From: Nitrosopumilus maritimus SCM1
GTDB taxonomy: Archaea; Thermoproteota; Nitrososphaeria; Nitrososphaerales; Nitrosopumilaceae
Direction of reading: 5' to 3'
Assembly (NCBI RefSeq): GCF_000018465.1
Contig: NC_010085.1
Location: forward strand, 750,001 to 782,000
Length of the DNA: 32,000 nucleotides
This document shows positions 28,673 through 32,000 of the stretch, one piece after another; the first letter of the stretch is position 1; every line of letters begins with the position of its first letter. Position numbers and translations under genes: made by a program. Under the pieces are notes generated by a model. The model had not been told where the DNA came from, did not search any database, and saw only the letters and a program-made list of their open reading frames with translations.

Positions 28673-28858
28673 GTGGCAACAAAATCTTATCAATCAATTA
28701 AGGATTTGGCAGATTTTCAAGACAAGATGATCAATTTGTCCATAATCTTTATAGATCAGCGATCAGAAGTTCCTCTAGAGATAACAGGTGCAAAAATCGA
28801 TTATTCTTATCAAATTTCTGTTATCTACTACAGGTCTTCTATGCCTAGAACATCATAG
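28673..28858 (+). CDS. possible small hypothetical ORF (MATKSYQSIKDLADFQDKMINLSIIF...)
   Basis: GTG 28673-28675 to TAG 28856-28858. My direct reading places it on the + strand, overlapping the 3' end of the helicase gene. Confidence 0.25.
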   Translation: MATKSYQSIKDLADFQDKMINLSIIFIDQRSEVPLEITGAKIDYSYQISVIYYRSSMPRTS

Positions 28859-30516
28859 TATGATTTTGGAATCATCTGTTGTGCCTTGAAAAACACATTA
28901 TTTGCAGCAGCATCAAGAACATAGGTCCTAGCCCAATCATCCTCACTCCTAATAGAACGTCCAAATCCCTGTAGTAGTTTTGTCAATGTTTGAGAGGTAT
29001 ACCAAAGGGGAAATTTGTCCATCTTGGCCTTGATTCTTTTTTCCTTATAGTTAGGGTAGGGAACCTTTGCAATAATCTGAAAACGAGAAAGGTCATCTTT
29101 TAGATCAACTCCTTCCCAAAGAGAAGATGAGAGTAAAACCCCAGTAGGATCAGAGGCGTGTTCTGATATTACTTCATCTTGAGTTTTACCATCCTTGTTT
29201 TTACTGTGACATATTCTGATTCTACGAGTGTTTTTTGGAGAAAGGTATCTTAGAATTTTTTGACATCTTGGAATAGATGATGTCAAAATTAACCCACGTT
29301 CAGTAGAATGTTCATCTAGTATTCGATCAATTGTTTTGATTACTTCTAACTCATCTTCTTCAGTTGAACCATAACTTAATCTCCTAATGTTCAACAGATC
29401 AACATTTCTGTTTTCAATTGGGAATGGAGATTTTGGAGTGTCAACAAATGCAACTTCATCTTTTTTCAAACCCATATTTTCACAAAAACTTTGTTTGTCA
29501 ATTGTAGCAGACATGAAAATTTGATATTCTGTTTCAAAAAACTCGTTTGCAAATTTTGATACATCAATTGGTTTTACAGAAATAGTTCGAAAATTTCCAT
29601 TCAAATCACGTACAGGATCATTTACAACAAAATTATTTTTGTCTGAAGAAATGTCGATTTTTGCCTGTGCCGCTCTATCATATCTTCTTTCTAATCTTGA
29701 TATCAATTCATAATCAGGATCATTTTCAAAACCAGGACTTTCTTTGATATCTTTGATTTTTTTTGCATAAGAATATGCAATGTCGTCAGTTAAAGATATC
29801 ATAGAATCTAAATCAGCAAAATCATACTTGTCTGCATTAAGATTACATTCATCAACTTGTCCAGCAAAGATATCAAATCCTACAAACTGAATAATTTGAT
29901 CTTCAATTTTATGAGCCTCATCAAAAACAGAGACCTTTCTATCCAAATAATCTTCAAACAGTTTCTTGTTAAATTTCATAATTTGAAAAAATGCATGATA
30001 ATTCCAAAGAGAGTGTTTGGAGACTAGTGCCTCATATTTTTGAAGATAATAATGACATGACTGGGAATCCTGAGTGTTTTCTTCAACTTGTTTTATTGTA
30101 GGTTTGAATTTGCAGGTTTCAATTACTTCTTTACCGTTTTTACTGGTTCTTTCAATACATTCTCCTTTTTCACAGGTTAGTCCCCATCTCATAGCTCTTC
30201 TAGAATTGTCTACTTTTTCAGAAGCCATTAATTTTAAACAAGGGAAATTTTGTTTTCCTTTTACAGGTTTGAGAAAAGGTATATCCTTGATGTATTGATC
30301 CTGAAGATGTTTTGATGCAGTTACAGTAAACGAACTATCAAAAAATTTAGAAACAGTTGCACCAACTAGAGATTTTCCAACTCCGGTTGGTGCACATAGA
30401 ACGATTTTCTTGTAGCCCGAGTTAAATTGCTCTTCAATATCTGCAAGAATTTCTTTTTGAATATCTCTAGGAGTGAATTGCTCTGGAAATTTTTCTAAAA
30501 GTGACAGGATTGTTAT
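28828..30516 (-). CDS. XPD/Rad3/DinG-like SF2 DNA helicase, 5' extended beyond the tracked ORF
   Basis: Tracked ORF 28828..30228 carries VFDEAHKIEDQ, GLILTSSIPRCQ and LLSSSLWEGVDLKG-like motifs and LLQGFGRSIRSEDD. The same frame continues upstream without stops and encodes MTILSLLEKFPEQFTPRDIQKEILADIEEQFNSGYKKIVLCAPTGVGKSLVGATVSKFF... (Walker A). Confidence 0.85.
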   Translation of the reverse strand: MTILSLLEKFPEQFTPRDIQKEILADIEEQFNSGYKKIVLCAPTGVGKSLVGATVSKFFDSSFTVTASKHLQDQYIKDIPFLKPVKGKQNFPCLKLMASEKVDNSRRAMRWGLTCEKGECIERTSKNGKEVIETCKFKPTIKQVEENTQDSQSCHYYLQKYEALVSKHSLWNYHAFFQIMKFNKKLFEDYLDRKVSVFDEAHKIEDQIIQFVGFDIFAGQVDECNLNADKYDFADLDSMISLTDDIAYSYAKKIKDIKESPGFENDPDYELISRLERRYDRAAQAKIDISSDKNNFVVNDPVRDLNGNFRTISVKPIDVSKFANEFFETEYQIFMSATIDKQSFCENMGLKKDEVAFVDTPKSPFPIENRNVDLLNIRRLSYGSTEEDELEVIKTIDRILDEHSTERGLILTSSIPRCQKILRYLSPKNTRRIRICHSKNKDGKTQDEVISEHASDPTGVLLSSSLWEGVDLKDDLSRFQIIAKVPYPNYKEKRIKAKMDKFPLWYTSQTLTKLLQGFGRSIRSEDDWARTYVLDAAANNVFFKAQQMIPKSYYDVLGIEDL

Positions 30517-30604
30517 GATTTAGTCTTTATATTAAAAGCATGAAGGTTCTTGTGATATCAATAGTTGTAATCTAGTTTAATATCTAGTAAATACACTATA
30601 GATC

Positions 30605-30922
30605 ATGGAATTACTTGATGATAAGATGAGAGTTTGGTTAGAAAGTGCAAAATTTGTAAAACCAAACCCTGGTGTATACGTACTATACAACAGAAGCAAA
30701 CACCCAATATACATTGGAGAGACCAGTAATCTTGAAGAGACATTTACAAAATATGTAGATACAGATTTTGAAGATAATGAATGCATGAAAAAAACTCAAT
30801 ATTATCAAAGAGTTTTTGAAGATAACCCAAAGGAACTGCAATTACAACTAATTGAACAGTTCAGAAATGAGACGAATGAATTACCTTCCTGTAATTCTGA
30901 GATCAAAGTAGAGACACGATAG
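30605..30922 (+). CDS. compact GIY-YIG-like domain protein
   Basis: 105 aa. GVYVLYNRSKHPIYIGETSNLEETF matches the GIY...YIG spacing. Confidence 0.7.
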   Translation: MELLDDKMRVWLESAKFVKPNPGVYVLYNRSKHPIYIGETSNLEETFTKYVDTDFEDNECMKKTQYYQRVFEDNPKELQLQLIEQFRNETNELPSCNSEIKVETR

Positions 30923-30985
30923 ATTCTTTCAGTGCATTGCACTGAAGACCTACTGGATTAATAGAAAAAATATGAAATTCTCAAC

Positions 30986-31231
30986 ATGGGAAACGCAATG
31001 ATTTATGCAGGTATTGCAATTGGAGTAGCTGCATTGGCTGGAATTATGGTCTATGCACACGATAACCAAGAAAATTATCTTAGAGATGATGCAGTACTAG
31101 CACCCGCTGCAGAACAAGGCGCATTTTCATCAGATACTGGAATGGTCCAACTGAATAAAGAACAGTGGCATGAAGATCCATTTGGTGATAGAGCAGCTGA
31201 AGTTAGAGCAGCATACGAGTCTGGTGGATAA
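30986..31231 (+). CDS. small predicted membrane protein
   Basis: N-terminal TM segment AMIYAGIAIGVAALAGIMVYA, then a polar tail. Confidence 0.65.
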   Translation: MGNAMIYAGIAIGVAALAGIMVYAHDNQENYLRDDAVLAPAAEQGAFSSDTGMVQLNKEQWHEDPFGDRAAEVRAAYESGG

Positions 31232-31241
31232 CCCACCAAGT

Positions 31242-31262
31242 TTCTTTTTATTTTATTTTTCA
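31242..31262 (+). terminator. possible T-tract archaeal terminator
   Basis: Run tttctttttattttatttttca directly after the 31231 stop. Confidence 0.35.
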
Positions 31263-31320
31263 TCATTCTACACCTAATCATTGGAGAAAACAATTAATCT
31301 AAGAATGCAGTAATTTAGCA

Positions 31321-31452
31321 ATGCATCAATGCTATTACTGTGAACAGATTTTTGATTCAAAAGAAGCACTATATGACCATGTAGAAGTACATTCAGATGC
31401 AGAAAGAAATAAGGAAATAATGGATAGAAAAAAGAAGGCACAAAAAAACTAA
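31321..31452 (+). CDS. C2H2 zinc-finger microprotein (43 aa)
   Basis: Read directly: ATG 31321 to TAA 31450-31452. MHQCYYCEQIFDSKEALYDHVEVHSDAERNKEIMDRKKKAQKN with C-x2-C-x12-H-x3-H. Confidence 0.8.
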   Translation: MHQCYYCEQIFDSKEALYDHVEVHSDAERNKEIMDRKKKAQKN

Positions 31453-31539
31453 ATTTTCAGCCTCAATTAAAAAAAATAGAGTAAAGGTAAGAAATAATCA
31501 CATTCAGGTGGTGATATAACAACTTGGTTTCAAAACAAT

Positions 31540-31806
31540 ATGGATTGGGTTGAAGCATTACTTCGTAAATCATGTGACAGAACACTAACCAAAGAAGAAG
31601 TCCTTCACAGCCTATTTCACATGATTGAAATTAATGAAAACACTATGCATCAAATTCAGTCAGACAAAAGAGATTTTGGACCAGAGTTAGAAGAACTAAA
31701 ACAAACTGAGATTAGAGACTTGGACTTCCATCTAAAATATTATCGAAGTTTGGTAAATTACATTAATTCAGTTCATGAAAATAAAATTTTTGAGAATCAG
31801 CACTAA
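31540..31806 (+). CDS. hypothetical protein, helical
   Basis: 88 aa ORF with ATG start, preceded by an SD-like aggtggtgat. Confidence 0.7.
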   Translation: MDWVEALLRKSCDRTLTKEEVLHSLFHMIEINENTMHQIQSDKRDFGPELEELKQTEIRDLDFHLKYYRSLVNYINSVHENKIFENQH

Positions 31807-31946
31807 TCATTCCAAGAAACAGTGTACGCAACAAATGTTTTTGGCAGTGGTTTTTTTGTGCTTATTCCCCATTCTTCTGAAGTGTGACCTGAATTAAGTT
31901 CAGATACTTCACCCCAATTGAATTTAGGCAATTTGGCAGTTTCCAT
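31803..31946 (-). CDS. small hypothetical protein (47 aa, METAKLPKFNWGEVSELNSGHTSEEWGISTKKPLPKTFVAYTVSWND)
   Basis: Read directly: start CAT 31944-31946, stop CTA 31803-31805. Convergent 4 nt overlap with the preceding ORF. Confidence 0.55.
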   Translation of the reverse strand: METAKLPKFNWGEVSELNSGHTSEEWGISTKKPLPKTFVAYTVSWND

Positions 31947-32000
31947 ATTTTGGCATCAAAAAAATAGATTATAAAAAATCAGTCTGCACTGCAAGACATT

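Noticed and set aside
1-32000. Searched by eye for CRISPR arrays, transposases, integrases, phage genes and toxin/defence islands
   Set aside because: No regularly spaced repeats, inverted-repeat-bounded transposase genes or defence-gene clusters were recognised. The content is ordinary core genome.

Overview
The window looks like ordinary, gene-dense core chromosome from a marine ammonia-oxidising archaeon (Nitrosopumilus-like Thaumarchaeota/Nitrososphaeria). This is inferred from AT-rich sequence, SHOCT and 'PDWIKTNAGWW' type proteins, archaeal aRF1 and PurP, and the gene content. Main content: class III adenylate/guanylate cyclase, VOC protein, two Lrp/AsnC ligand-binding (RAM) mini-proteins, a lysine-repeat protein, tRNA-Phe(GAA), PduO-type cob(I)alamin adenosyltransferase, HD hydrolase, TIGR00300/LOR-SDH family protein, aminotransferase, AMP-forming acyl-CoA synthetase, an aspS-gatC-gatA-gatB cluster, purP, a phnD-phnC-phnE type ABC transporter next to two paralogous winged-helix regulators and cbtB-cbtA, DUF4443 protein, DsbA-like protein, aRF1, HIT protein, ilvD, a possible HEPN-like protein, an XPD/DinG-like helicase and a compact GIY-YIG-like protein. 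I found no CRISPR array, prophage, transposon or clear defence island. The strongest non-routine signal is that two genes appear to need non-canonical start codons. The helicase frame is open through Walker A but has no ATG/GTG/TTG before it (only ATA or CTG). A small conserved-looking gene has a near-perfect Shine-Dalgarno 6 nt before an in-frame ATA. Several microproteins missing from the ORF track are also described.
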